IMG/VR virus record: IMGVR_UViG_3300044695_002580
Coordinates: 1-64,000 of that record
Direction: 5' to 3' (one strand)
DNA from: a virus
Length of the DNA stretch: 64,000 nt
The first letter of the stretch is position 1; every line of letters begins with the position of its first letter. The position numbers and the translations under genes are program-made. The notes under the pieces are model-generated. The model was not told the origin of the DNA. It ran no database searches and saw only the letters and a program-made list of their open reading frames with translations. Positions 51,485 to 61,176 of the stretch are shown here, piece after piece.

Positions 51485-52167
51485 TCTCGTAGGTCTCCTT
51501 TGTTAGTAACCATAGGCAAATACATAAACGCTTCCTTAGCAAAACTTTCAGTAGCATCTCCGTAAAGACTACCCCAGTCGTCAAGACTGACGTTAGTGGT
51601 TACTATGGTTGGCAGTCCAAGGTTGAACCGTGTACGTAGTACATGATGCAGAACGTTCTTCTGCCACCCACTTAGGCTGGCGTGCTCCTTACCTACATCG
51701 TCAATCACTAGGACTCTGACGTTATAGGAGTCGTGCGCTTCACCTAAGAGACCATAGTAGAGGACCTCCTCCCAGTCTGTCGGGCTATCCATCATCTGAC
51801 CTGATAATGCAAGCAGGTCATTGAAGGTCATAAAGTAGCAAGGACGGATAAGTGTTAGGCCGTCCTCTACATCAAAGGCAGACGGAGGGGAAAGCCGCAT
51901 GATATCTTGGATGGTTGCAACAGCCACCGTTGATTTACCACGTCCTGGCTTACCTGCAAGCATTAATCCTTTGCCACAGTGTCTGCTACCAGAGGCTCTT
52001 ACATTAACGCCTTGGTCTAGCAAACTAATCCAACCACGTATCTGTTCGATGTCTTCGGGGTCAGTATCAACGCAGTCATCTAGTGTCCAACCAAGTCGTG
52101 CTTTAGGGATGTTGGAAGATTTAATCCACATCTTGCGACGAACTTTTTGCTCTTCTACTTTGTACAT
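51481..52167 (-). CDS. DnaC/IstB-like helicase loader ATPase
   Basis: GKPGRGKS, LVIDDVGKE, RTR...PTIVTTN. Confidence 0.85.
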   Translation of the reverse strand: MYKVEEQKVRRKMWIKSSNIPKARLGWTLDDCVDTDPEDIEQIRGWISLLDQGVNVRASGSRHCGKGLMLAGKPGRGKSTVAVATIQDIMRLSPPSAFDVEDGLTLIRPCYFMTFNDLLALSGQMMDSPTDWEEVLYYGLLGEAHDSYNVRVLVIDDVGKEHASLSGWQKNVLHHVLRTRFNLGLPTIVTTNVSLDDWGSLYGDATESFAKEAFMYLPMVTNKGDLRE

Positions 52168-53096
52168 TAGTTCAACCCTAACAGCTTTCGGTTCTTTGCT
52201 CGTGCAATGGCAACAGCATCTAGGTCTTCTTCCTTTACAGAGCGCTTGGCTTCGCCAACCTTTGACGGAGCCCAGTTGATAAAGCCCCAGAAGATTTCTT
52301 CTGGGTTATATAACTTAGTCTTATCAAACTTTTTTGTCGATATGTAAGCATCAATAAGATACTTATCAATCTCGCCGTTGGTGTCGTTGTCTATACGGAA
52401 CAGGTCCATAGCCTTAACCAACTTAGGTCGTTGGGATAACGCTACATCCTCCACGTTCCAAATCTGTTTTACCTGTTCGGCAAAGTGGTTAACGACGTCG
52501 GCAGGCGACCAGTCAACTACAGCACGGCTGGCGCGGATGCGCTGGCGGTTCTTGTAGTGTGCCTCTGACTGCTCCTTGCGCTCCTGCTTCTTGCGCTCTT
52601 TGTCTTTCCGCATCTCATCAGCTAAATCGTCTGGGTCTATTGGCGTTGAGCCTAAGCTCATGATTCCTCCTATTTTTTCGTTTCCTTCTAGTGCGGAACT
52701 CTGTTCCGCACCTTGGTTAACTGAATAAGGATATAAGCCATACTGCTCATTGCTATATGGAATATCTGCTTTATAGGTATCTGCTATATTGCTATTCAGT
52801 GATATGGAGATTCGGGTTTTACCGTTCGGTAAAACCCTTAACGGTTTCTTACCAGTCATCCAGTTATGGGCATACTCTACGCCCTCTGGGGTCATCTCCA
52901 CTTTGTACCAGAATGTCCCTTTTGCCGTTTTTCCGTTAGAAAGCCGTACAAGGCCAATAGAGGCTAGTTCTGCCAGGGCAGAATCAATCTGCCCACGACC
53001 TACCTCAAAGTCCCTAGAAAGGCCTTTAACGCCCTCTGGAGCCCCATAAACGGCTATATGTAGGAGTACAGCTAAGGTCTTAGGGTTTAGGGCCAC
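52167..53096 (-). CDS. putative replication initiator (N-terminal winged helix)
   Basis: wHTH-like LSRDFEVGRGQIDSALAELASIGLV; directly upstream of the loader. Confidence 0.6.
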   Translation of the reverse strand: MALNPKTLAVLLHIAVYGAPEGVKGLSRDFEVGRGQIDSALAELASIGLVRLSNGKTAKGTFWYKVEMTPEGVEYAHNWMTGKKPLRVLPNGKTRISISLNSNIADTYKADIPYSNEQYGLYPYSVNQGAEQSSALEGNEKIGGIMSLGSTPIDPDDLADEMRKDKERKKQERKEQSEAHYKNRQRIRASRAVVDWSPADVVNHFAEQVKQIWNVEDVALSQRPKLVKAMDLFRIDNDTNGEIDKYLIDAYISTKKFDKTKLYNPEEIFWGFINWAPSKVGEAKRSVKEEDLDAVAIARAKNRKLLGLN

Positions 53097-53739
53097 TCTG
53101 GGCCTTCCACTCCTCGATGAATACCTTGGCGAATACCCGAGCTATCGCTTCGATTCCCGCATAGATATCTTCAATGTCTTCGTCGTCTTCGTACTCTTCG
53201 TCGTCGTCTTCTTCGGTGGCTTCTTCCTCGTCGACTTCTTCTTCCTCCTCATCGGTCTCCTCGCTTTCTGTGACCATCTCAGCTTGGGGGAATAGGGTTG
53301 GCTCTGGCTCCTTAAGAGTTTCAGATGGTGTTATCTCTGACAGCCCGTTAATCAAGTCATAGCAAGGGATGCCCGCTTTCTTACAAGACGCCAATACTGC
53401 AAGCGATGCTTCATCCCCGTCATCCCAAAGAAGGAACGCAGATGTGTCCGCGCCAGCAACTATCTCTACAGATTTTTTAATTGGCTCATCATCATGAACT
53501 ACTGATGCGGCAGGCATGTTGCCTAAGTCAGCGTCTGGCTTTGCAACCAGAACTATCTCTTTGTTTTTATCTTTAGCAAACTGTGCAACAAATACCTGTG
53601 ATGGTGTTGCCATTTTTTCAATAGCGATTACAACAGTTCCGCCATCGCCTTTTGCGTAGTAATGGTCTTCCATTAACGCTTCAACGTTTTGTCTACTGGT
53701 GGCTCCTTTACCAGCCACTAGAACATAATATTTGCTCAT
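53080..53739 (-). CDS. Rossmannoid (SLOG-like?) protein with acidic tail
   Basis: VLVAGKG N-terminus, long D/E tract. Confidence 0.5.
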   Translation of the reverse strand: MSKYYVLVAGKGATSRQNVEALMEDHYYAKGDGGTVVIAIEKMATPSQVFVAQFAKDKNKEIVLVAKPDADLGNMPAASVVHDDEPIKKSVEIVAGADTSAFLLWDDGDEASLAVLASCKKAGIPCYDLINGLSEITPSETLKEPEPTLFPQAEMVTESEETDEEEEEVDEEEATEEDDDEEYEDDEDIEDIYAGIEAIARVFAKVFIEEWKAQSGPKP

Positions 53740-53770
53740 AGGACCTCCTTAGGTCCCTTGTACCCTATCA

Positions 53771-54049
53771 CTAATCTCTGGCAGTGTTAACAACTGCTGG
53801 CCTGTAGGTGGACACGCGCTCAACTATGGCAAGGAGGGCAGCGCCTAGGAAAGCTCCAGCGACTGTCCACAGGATGAACTGTTTAGTAGTTGAAATTTCA
53901 ACTAAATACACGGCTACGCCTGCAAATATAATTGAAAGTACAGCATTAATTACGGAAGTAGGTATAAAAATACTTAATACGTCTACTAGATTCCGCACTG
54001 TAGCTAGGAAGAACCCAGTAAAACAACCAACGAGTATCAGCTCCAACAT
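53771..54049 (-). CDS. three-TM membrane protein
   Basis: Hydrophobic helices; leaderless TATGAT-6nt-ATG. Confidence 0.6.
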   Translation of the reverse strand: MLELILVGCFTGFFLATVRNLVDVLSIFIPTSVINAVLSIIFAGVAVYLVEISTTKQFILWTVAGAFLGAALLAIVERVSTYRPAVVNTARD

Positions 54050-54061
54050 GGGAGCATCATA

Positions 54062-56875
54062 CTACGTCTTTGGCTGAGCTAGGTATAGGGCGTAGGTAGA
54101 GCCGCTAACAAGCCACTCGTCTAAGGCACCTTTTGCAAGGCGGTCAGAGATAGCGACGCGGTTTCTGTAGTAGTGGCTGCGGGCTAGGTTAGGGGTCTGG
54201 CCTTCCCAGAACAGTTCAGCAGTAGAACCAAAGCCCTGGCTTCCATCAAAGTACTGGAGTACAAACGGACTGTTTTCAAACAAGGCGTTGTCCAATGCGA
54301 TTGAGTCATTGGCTGCCCCATTAGTCCAGATAACAGACACGCTTGCATAGGCGGCGTTCTCAGGGGCTACCGAGGTTGCATTGATTCTTGACCATTCCGT
54401 AGAACTACTAATTGTTACAAGGTCAGCCAAATTACTAGAGATGGCGGTCTTAGTGCTGTCATACCAATAGATAACTGGTCGCACAGTTGGGGCAGCAGTT
54501 CCAGTAACTCGTCTTACATACACACTAAAAGTGTAGTTAGTAGATGGGTAATGAATATCCATGTAGGTTGCAGAAGATGACGCAGCATTAATTTCTGTGT
54601 TTCCAGTTGCAGGCTTAGTTACTAAGCAAGAGTTTCCAGACTTAGCGATAGTTCCCGCATCAGCGGTGAACGCCACGGTTGCGCTTGGGCTAACGGTGTA
54701 GCTGACTGTAAAGTCGGTAACTGCAGTAATTGTCTTTACTCCGTTATATGCAGCAGGCAAACCTTCTACTACAACAATATCGTTAGCTTTATACGCATGA
54801 ACTGTTGATAGAGATATTTCTGCTGTTGTACCCGCCTGTTGATAACCTTCAATAATTAACAGGTCATCAATAGGGTCAGTTTGAGCGCTTGAGGCTGTTG
54901 GTGTTCCGTTTGTAAAACCCCAAGGTGCAAAGCTGTTTGCACTATTAAAGGTTGGGTTTTTAATTTCGTTAATGCGGCTAGCCTTCATAGTAATATGTAC
55001 TTGACGAGCCTCATCAAAATCTGTAACAGCTCCAGCTTTTTCAAACTGTGCTGCATCAAAGTAGTGACGCTCACCGCTTGCGGCGTTGGCTACGCTAGAG
55101 ATAGAGATAGTAGGGGCTGCGTAGTAAGACTCCTGCACGCGGTTAACGGTGGCTAGGAAGCCAGAGCCTGTTGCGCTACCGATGGAAGCTTTATCAAAAG
55201 AGAAGATGGTTGTTGTATCTGAGCCTTTACCACCATTTGTAATAGATAGAGATGACACTGACCCACCAGAGATAGCAATGTTTGCTCTTGGTGCAATAGT
55301 AAATGCTTTGCCACTAACTCTAGTTAGTGGAACGTTTGTATAAACGCCATCTGCGTACCCAGTTCCTGCGGTAGCAAAGAATGGGTTTAGAGTGATATTA
55401 CAAGGACCTGCTGCAGTTACAACCGCTCTTGTTGAAAAGGCACCAGTTGCATTTGTTACAGGGTTACCTGTAGTAGTTGACATAAATGTTCCAAAACGGT
55501 CATACCAACTGATTCCCGCTGTAAGGCTTCGAGCAGTCGAGAGTGCCGCGGTATAGATGCTAAATGTGTAAGTATCTCCAGAGTTAATGGGGATTCCTAA
55601 AGTTTTTGGCGAGGCGCTTCCGCAAGATAACGTGACAACCTGAGGCGATGCTGTTGAGTTTGCTACAGATAAAACTCCACCTTGTTTATTTGGGTAAAGT
55701 GCGGGGGCAGTCGGTTCTGAGTATGGGGTTGGGTACGGAGTAACCTTTGGGTAAGCGTCTGCTTCTTTGTTAAAGGCATCTACCAAAGCAATATCTGGGC
55801 TAGAAACAATAACTTCAATGTAACTAAGTGGGTCAACTCCAGTGATAGATACAGGAGAGCTAGAGTTATATGCAGGGGATTTAAATCCACTGATAGTAAT
55901 CTTGTCGCCAACCTTATAACCGTTAGCGCCAATAATCATGCGAAGGTTGTTGTTATTAGTTTGATACTTGGTAACAGACTTGACACCCATTTGAGATAAA
56001 GAAGCTGTGCTGTCTGGGGTTGTCCAGTGTCCAATACCTTCTTCAAATGAAGAGTCGTTGTAGTCCAACATTAGGTTGTGGCTTACTTGTAGGCCGTCAA
56101 TTGTTGGGTTAGGTGTTCCAGCAATCGGTGCTGGACATGCCCATCCTGTAAATCCTTTTATATATTCCCGTAGACCTTGGGCTGAGCCTTTTTCTTTTGT
56201 TAGCTGAACAGAGTCTCTTACAAGGATACGCGACTGTTGAAACCCAATTTCTGGTTCATACCTAAGACCAAACTGATTTAACAAAAGTGGGATAGAGCTG
56301 GCTGTAACTCTTTCAAAGTTATAGCGGTCTGTAATAATTTCTGCTAGTGCTCTTGTGTGGTCTAGCTCGTAAGCAAATAGGGATAGGAAGTTACGCAAAT
56401 CATTATTGTCTGTAGCTTCTGACGCTACATACGGGGTTGTTAACTTATAAACCTGTGGCAGATAGTTGTACATCTTGTCAGCGGTTCCGTAGTCTTTTAC
56501 GGACATACCAGACATTCGTCCAGCTAATACCCAAGTGAGCTGTACAGAGTCAAATACAAAAATAGAGTAGAAGTAAACTTTTGAGTCTGCATTTATAAGA
56601 GATGTCTTATCTATGTAGAACTGAGGGTCTGCTCGTCTAGTAGTTTCAAATACTTTATCACCGTCAGTTACGTTTACAGGAAATCCGTATGGGCTTCTTA
56701 CTAGGCGTAATTTAACCCATGCACCCACTGGGCTTGTCCAAAATAGGGTTAGCTGGTTGTACCCAGAGGACAGCGCAAAAACAGGGTTAGCATCGTAATT
56801 AAGGGCGTTATCGTTTCCGTAGTAACTTAACGGAAAACTGGACGCGCTATAGTAATCAAGACCATACCGTGCCAT
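54062..56875 (-). CDS. baseplate wedge/tail protein (P2 gpI-like) with carbohydrate-binding-like domains
   Basis: LRNFLSLF...KGSAQGL...FTGW gpI-like core; NPTF/YTFS/FDAAQFE CBM-like repeats; follows baseplate J. Confidence 0.7.
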   Translation of the reverse strand: MARYGLDYYSASSFPLSYYGNDNALNYDANPVFALSSGYNQLTLFWTSPVGAWVKLRLVRSPYGFPVNVTDGDKVFETTRRADPQFYIDKTSLINADSKVYFYSIFVFDSVQLTWVLAGRMSGMSVKDYGTADKMYNYLPQVYKLTTPYVASEATDNNDLRNFLSLFAYELDHTRALAEIITDRYNFERVTASSIPLLLNQFGLRYEPEIGFQQSRILVRDSVQLTKEKGSAQGLREYIKGFTGWACPAPIAGTPNPTIDGLQVSHNLMLDYNDSSFEEGIGHWTTPDSTASLSQMGVKSVTKYQTNNNNLRMIIGANGYKVGDKITISGFKSPAYNSSSPVSITGVDPLSYIEVIVSSPDIALVDAFNKEADAYPKVTPYPTPYSEPTAPALYPNKQGGVLSVANSTASPQVVTLSCGSASPKTLGIPINSGDTYTFSIYTAALSTARSLTAGISWYDRFGTFMSTTTGNPVTNATGAFSTRAVVTAAGPCNITLNPFFATAGTGYADGVYTNVPLTRVSGKAFTIAPRANIAISGGSVSSLSITNGGKGSDTTTIFSFDKASIGSATGSGFLATVNRVQESYYAAPTISISSVANAASGERHYFDAAQFEKAGAVTDFDEARQVHITMKASRINEIKNPTFNSANSFAPWGFTNGTPTASSAQTDPIDDLLIIEGYQQAGTTAEISLSTVHAYKANDIVVVEGLPAAYNGVKTITAVTDFTVSYTVSPSATVAFTADAGTIAKSGNSCLVTKPATGNTEINAASSSATYMDIHYPSTNYTFSVYVRRVTGTAAPTVRPVIYWYDSTKTAISSNLADLVTISSSTEWSRINATSVAPENAAYASVSVIWTNGAANDSIALDNALFENSPFVLQYFDGSQGFGSTAELFWEGQTPNLARSHYYRNRVAISDRLAKGALDEWLVSGSTYALYLAQPKT

Positions 56876-58647
56876 TAACTAATTCCTCCACTTGTTGTCA
56901 AGTCGATTCCCGCCACAGTTGTTACCCCAGCAACCTTGGTTACCTCTAGTTGAGGTAGTTCGTTCTCTAAACAAATGATGTCTTTTACAGCTAACAACGC
57001 AACCTTTCCAACAGGGGATACGGCTGCTGTAGAAACGTTTGTACTAATAACAGAGTAACTAAATGTAGTAGGAGCTACAGCTGTAACAACAAAGGCGCCA
57101 TCAAAAGGGGCGTTAACACCGCTTACCAACACAGTCTCTCCAACTTGAAGGTTGTGAGTTGCTGTAGTTGTAAGCGTGGCTACGCTATTTGATAGAACCT
57201 TGTTATTGATGCTCCATACCTTATCTTCGTCTTTTCTAATCATCTTGCTCATAGAGACGCGGGCAACCCCGTCTACCTCTCTAATGACGCTTAGTACGTC
57301 GGCTGTAGTGATACGGTCATTAAAAGACACGTTATCAAAATCAAACAGTTCAGTAATAGCTTCTCTGATTGAGGCTGTTACTTGGTCAGCTCTAAACTGC
57401 GGTAGTACTACACAGTCTAACTTAAGTCGTACGTCTACATAAGCAGGCGGCTGAAGCGTGATTGAAGTTCCTGGTGGAGTCTTGTCCTCAAAGAACTTAC
57501 CAATATTAACGGCTAGGTTGTTAAAGATATCAGAGGCTGTTTGCCCATCTGACTGAAGACCCGAGTCACCGAACGGTGCAATATAGATAGTTACACTGCT
57601 ATACACATCTGCAATAGAGTTAGCTTTGGCTACACCAGGTACCTGAATAGCAATGTTAGAGTAGTCAGATAGTGATACAGCACGGTTAAGTGCTCTCACG
57701 CTCTTAGGGGCATTGATACGAATAGAGTCTGTTGCCTCTGGGTCAGCTCCGCCTGTAGCAGCCCCAGAGGTTTGCCCAACGTCTTGGTTATTTACAGTAA
57801 GGCCAATTGTCGCATTTGTTTTAACAAACTTAATAGTGTTAGCTGCAACGTTACCCAGCTTGCCTCCACCAATACGGTAGGTAGCTTTAATAGTTGCCTG
57901 GTTTGCTGGGATACGTCCGCTGATTCCGTCACCAAACTGAACGTATGTAGTGCCTTCAGCATCTGTGTAGGTTGTAAACACTGGGTCGTAATCTTGGTAG
58001 TCAATTAGGAATGGGACATAAGAATACTTAACTCCAGATACATCTATCTCAATGCTTCCACCAATAACTGGGGAGTCTGGGATTGGGTAGAATTGATTGG
58101 CTGCACCGTTAGATACCCCTAGCTCTCCATCTGTAGGGCGTGTGATTGCGTCATACCCAAGTGTCTCGCCTTGAGTTGCCGTTACTGTAATAGAACCATT
58201 AGTTGTTCCTACCTTTGCAGGCACAGTTACCGCACTGTCAGTTTCAAAAATAATCTGGGTTGTTGAACCGCTGTTTACAACAGTAGTTGATACCTGAGTT
58301 CTTTTTGGTACGGTGATAGTGCTTCCAGTTGAGTTCTGAAAGGTCAGCGTAACCTTGGCAGCTGTAGATTCTGTGGGTGTGTACCCCAGAAGGCGTGCAA
58401 TTTTTAAAACGTTATCTCTTTGGCTGGAGGTAGTAATGAAAGCCTCGTTCAAAGAACGGTCGATATAGTAGTTAAGCTGGTCACCCATGTATGCAAACAA
58501 CTCAATTAAGGTCATGCCAAAGTCTGCTGGGTCGCGGTTAGTCCAGTTGGGAGCAAAGTACGGGATGAGAGCTGCCATCTCTTCTTTGAGAGATAGGTAG
58601 TCACGAGAGGTGTAATCTACTTGCGGAACATAGTTTTCATTTGCCAT
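56875..58647 (-). CDS. baseplate J/gp6-like wedge protein
   Basis: DYTSRDY, DFGMTLIEL, FGDG, GGADPE, RAVSLSDY. Confidence 0.9.
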   Translation of the reverse strand: MANENYVPQVDYTSRDYLSLKEEMAALIPYFAPNWTNRDPADFGMTLIELFAYMGDQLNYYIDRSLNEAFITTSSQRDNVLKIARLLGYTPTESTAAKVTLTFQNSTGSTITVPKRTQVSTTVVNSGSTTQIIFETDSAVTVPAKVGTTNGSITVTATQGETLGYDAITRPTDGELGVSNGAANQFYPIPDSPVIGGSIEIDVSGVKYSYVPFLIDYQDYDPVFTTYTDAEGTTYVQFGDGISGRIPANQATIKATYRIGGGKLGNVAANTIKFVKTNATIGLTVNNQDVGQTSGAATGGADPEATDSIRINAPKSVRALNRAVSLSDYSNIAIQVPGVAKANSIADVYSSVTIYIAPFGDSGLQSDGQTASDIFNNLAVNIGKFFEDKTPPGTSITLQPPAYVDVRLKLDCVVLPQFRADQVTASIREAITELFDFDNVSFNDRITTADVLSVIREVDGVARVSMSKMIRKDEDKVWSINNKVLSNSVATLTTTATHNLQVGETVLVSGVNAPFDGAFVVTAVAPTTFSYSVISTNVSTAAVSPVGKVALLAVKDIICLENELPQLEVTKVAGVTTVAGIDLTTSGGIS

Positions 58648-59048
58648 TATCGGACCTCCTGTAGTACCTCTCCAGCTCTGGAGAACGTCTTAGTCTTTAT
58701 ACTTAAAGACTCTGTTAATGTCTGTTGGGACTTTCTATATCTAACCTCTAGCTCTAGTGTGCCCTCTCCGTCTACGTCTGGAAGGACCTCTATAAACTCT
58801 AGGTAAGGAAAGAACTCTGTAAAGCATGCGGCTACTGCCTCAGTTGCAATTGCTATGGCAGTATTTTCGTCTTCAAACATGGTCTCATAAATTGCGCTAC
58901 CAAAGCTTGGTCGCATAACTCGTTCGCCTGGACGACTCATGATTGCTAGCACAAGTCTATCTTGGATAATCTTGGCCTCGTCTGTTGTATAGGAGACTTC
59001 TCCCGCAGAGTTAAAAGAAAAAGGTAGAGCTATGGCTCGTTGTGTCAC
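58647..59048 (-). CDS. gp25/GPW baseplate protein
   Basis: PGERVMRPSFGS. Confidence 0.9.
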   Translation of the reverse strand: MTQRAIALPFSFNSAGEVSYTTDEAKIIQDRLVLAIMSRPGERVMRPSFGSAIYETMFEDENTAIAIATEAVAACFTEFFPYLEFIEVLPDVDGEGTLELEVRYRKSQQTLTESLSIKTKTFSRAGEVLQEVR

Positions 59049-59563
59049 AGTTCAACTCCCATCCATACTGGAAAATTAGGGTCTCCGCCCTCAAACATAA
59101 CCCAGACCTTTTGACCTAGCTTAGGTACTAGTCTATGCGGTGTATGCTCAGGTGTCAGGTTTGTCTCTTGGTCATCATTCCATTTGTTGTCTGTATCAGC
59201 GTCGGTTTCGTGCTCATGGTCTAACGTCAATGAGTTTCCCGTATGGTTATTGGTGTGGGGAGTCGTAAAACTGAAGGAGTGTGTATGAGACCCAAAGGTA
59301 GAAACTGTCGCCCCTCCCGTTGTGCCCGACACTGAGTGGTCCGCGTGAGCTTCTAAAAGTGCGGCTACCTCAGCAGCTAAATGTTTCTTGTGGTCAGGGT
59401 GGTTGCTGTTAGATGTAACAGGCAAGCATGCTCTAGCCCAACCAGTCTCTGATTGACCTAGTACCTGAGGTACTTGTAAGCGGATGCGGTTATCGTTTTG
59501 GTCGTCCTCTACATCCACGCAGATGCCTAGGTAGAGTCCATAGAATCTTTTCTCGTCTATCAT
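59045..59563 (-). CDS. baseplate spike gp5/gpV OB-fold protein with His-rich insert
   Basis: YGLYLG..VD..D...RIRLQVP, WA, P..G..VWVMFEGGDP..PVW.G. Confidence 0.85.
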   Translation of the reverse strand: MIDEKRFYGLYLGICVDVEDDQNDNRIRLQVPQVLGQSETGWARACLPVTSNSNHPDHKKHLAAEVAALLEAHADHSVSGTTGGATVSTFGSHTHSFSFTTPHTNNHTGNSLTLDHEHETDADTDNKWNDDQETNLTPEHTPHRLVPKLGQKVWVMFEGGDPNFPVWMGVEL

Positions 59564-60894
59564 AGGGCTGCTCTGCTCCTTACCCTGTTAGCCACGGTAG
59601 GTGACTTAATCTTTTTAGGAGTAAAGGTTACCCTAGTAGTTTTTTTATCAGCAACCCAGGTAGAAGGCTGCTTAGTTTTTGCAGTGACCTTCTGTCTGTT
59701 ACCAATCTTTCCAAAGCTTCCTTTGTTTTGATTGCTACTTCTACGGGCTGAACTCTTTATAAGAGGCTTGCTAGTCTTTGGTCTACCAGAAGCTACTCCA
59801 GGTTTAATTAATCTTTTTGGGCTGCCAGGGACTGCAACTTCTAGTCCAGCTACTCCATTTACAGAACCTAAAGAGTCAGTTCCTACAACAATATTAGTAA
59901 CGTAAGTAGGGACGTTTCTTTCGGTCTCAACCATTACGTGTTCCGCAGACAGGACAGTCCAATATCCAGAGTACGTAGGACCGAGCCCAGATAGATAAAC
60001 TGGCATATTAGGTCTAAGGGTTGGGTCACCAATCACACTAGCTGTTCCTCTATATGGGAACGAGTTTCTAGCTTCAGCCGCATCTGCTTCGTAGGTTGCA
60101 ATCTCTGCATTAGGGGCTACAACTAAAGAGTTAAAACGGTCAAAGAACTCGTCTTGACGTTTTGCCTTTGTAGTCTTATTTCTCTTTTGCTTGGTCTGAG
60201 CCATAGCAGCTTTAGAGAATCTGTCTACACCGCTAATAGCTACAGCAGACTTCATCTCTCCGTCGTACTCTATTGACTCTCCAATAGATGGCTGAAATGA
60301 GTACAACGTAGAGCCAGTAACATCGCTGGCGTCTTTCATTACAAATACCTTAGCGGTGTCTTTGTATAGCTCATAGTCATTAAGGATGGGCTCAAAATAG
60401 ATATCGGTGTTTTCCCCACGCAGGGTGTAACCAATCTGCTTTGCCAAACGGACAGCAAGCTGCCAGTCGGTATATCCCGCTTGAGATATCATTTCGTAAA
60501 CTCTAGGGTGCGGCTTTCCAATAAAACGTAGGCTGTGTTTGATACAGATTTCTTTTATTACTTGGTCTGCCGTACAGTCTCTGTAAGTTGTTTGAGAAGC
60601 CTGCTTAAGGGGAAACGAGCCTCCTATGCATACAACTTCTGTAAACATCTTTCCTGGGGTAGCAGAAGGTGTGATGTGGTGAATGTAGCCGAAGAAGTTT
60701 CTAGGTGTAGTGTTCGCTGACAAGGTAACTTCAATAGGAGTGCCTGGTCTAATCGATTCGTAATTAGGGTTCCAGTCTTTAAACGTTAAAATTAAAAGCT
60801 CATGCTCATAGGTTTTTTGCATGAGTACGGCCTTATACACAGCTCTAGGACCTTCAGGCGCGTCTGGAAAAGAAACACTTACAAATTTAAACAC
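59560..60894 (-). CDS. baseplate hub (gpD/gp27-like)
   Basis: FFGYI, QAGYTDWQL..RLA..IGY, GDPTLRP, YSGYW. Confidence 0.8.
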   Translation of the reverse strand: MFKFVSVSFPDAPEGPRAVYKAVLMQKTYEHELLILTFKDWNPNYESIRPGTPIEVTLSANTTPRNFFGYIHHITPSATPGKMFTEVVCIGGSFPLKQASQTTYRDCTADQVIKEICIKHSLRFIGKPHPRVYEMISQAGYTDWQLAVRLAKQIGYTLRGENTDIYFEPILNDYELYKDTAKVFVMKDASDVTGSTLYSFQPSIGESIEYDGEMKSAVAISGVDRFSKAAMAQTKQKRNKTTKAKRQDEFFDRFNSLVVAPNAEIATYEADAAEARNSFPYRGTASVIGDPTLRPNMPVYLSGLGPTYSGYWTVLSAEHVMVETERNVPTYVTNIVVGTDSLGSVNGVAGLEVAVPGSPKRLIKPGVASGRPKTSKPLIKSSARRSSNQNKGSFGKIGNRQKVTAKTKQPSTWVADKKTTRVTFTPKKIKSPTVANRVRSRAAL

Positions 60895-61168
60895 GTGGAA
60901 TCCTGAGCACTGTTCCAGCTGGAATACTAAGGATGTCTTTAATTTCAGGGTTATGGTCTAATATAATCCACCACATGCTGGAGCGGTTATAGTACTTATT
61001 ACCCAGCTGGTCTAGTCGCTCTCCCTCTTTAAAGGTATGCTCGTAGTAGCTAAGGGTCCCAATGTCAGGGAAGTTGTAGAACACAATAGGATTCTCATCC
61101 CCATTAGGGACTGTAGAAACAAAGTCAATAAAAGATGGCTCGTACCTAGAACCTAGATAAATAGTCAT
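60887..61168 (-). CDS. LysM/gpX-like tail protein
   Basis: GERLDQLG..YY....WW.I...NP...GTVLRIP. Confidence 0.85.
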   Translation of the reverse strand: MTIYLGSRYEPSFIDFVSTVPNGDENPIVFYNFPDIGTLSYYEHTFKEGERLDQLGNKYYNRSSMWWIILDHNPEIKDILSIPAGTVLRIPRV

Positions 61169-61176
61169 GACTACTC

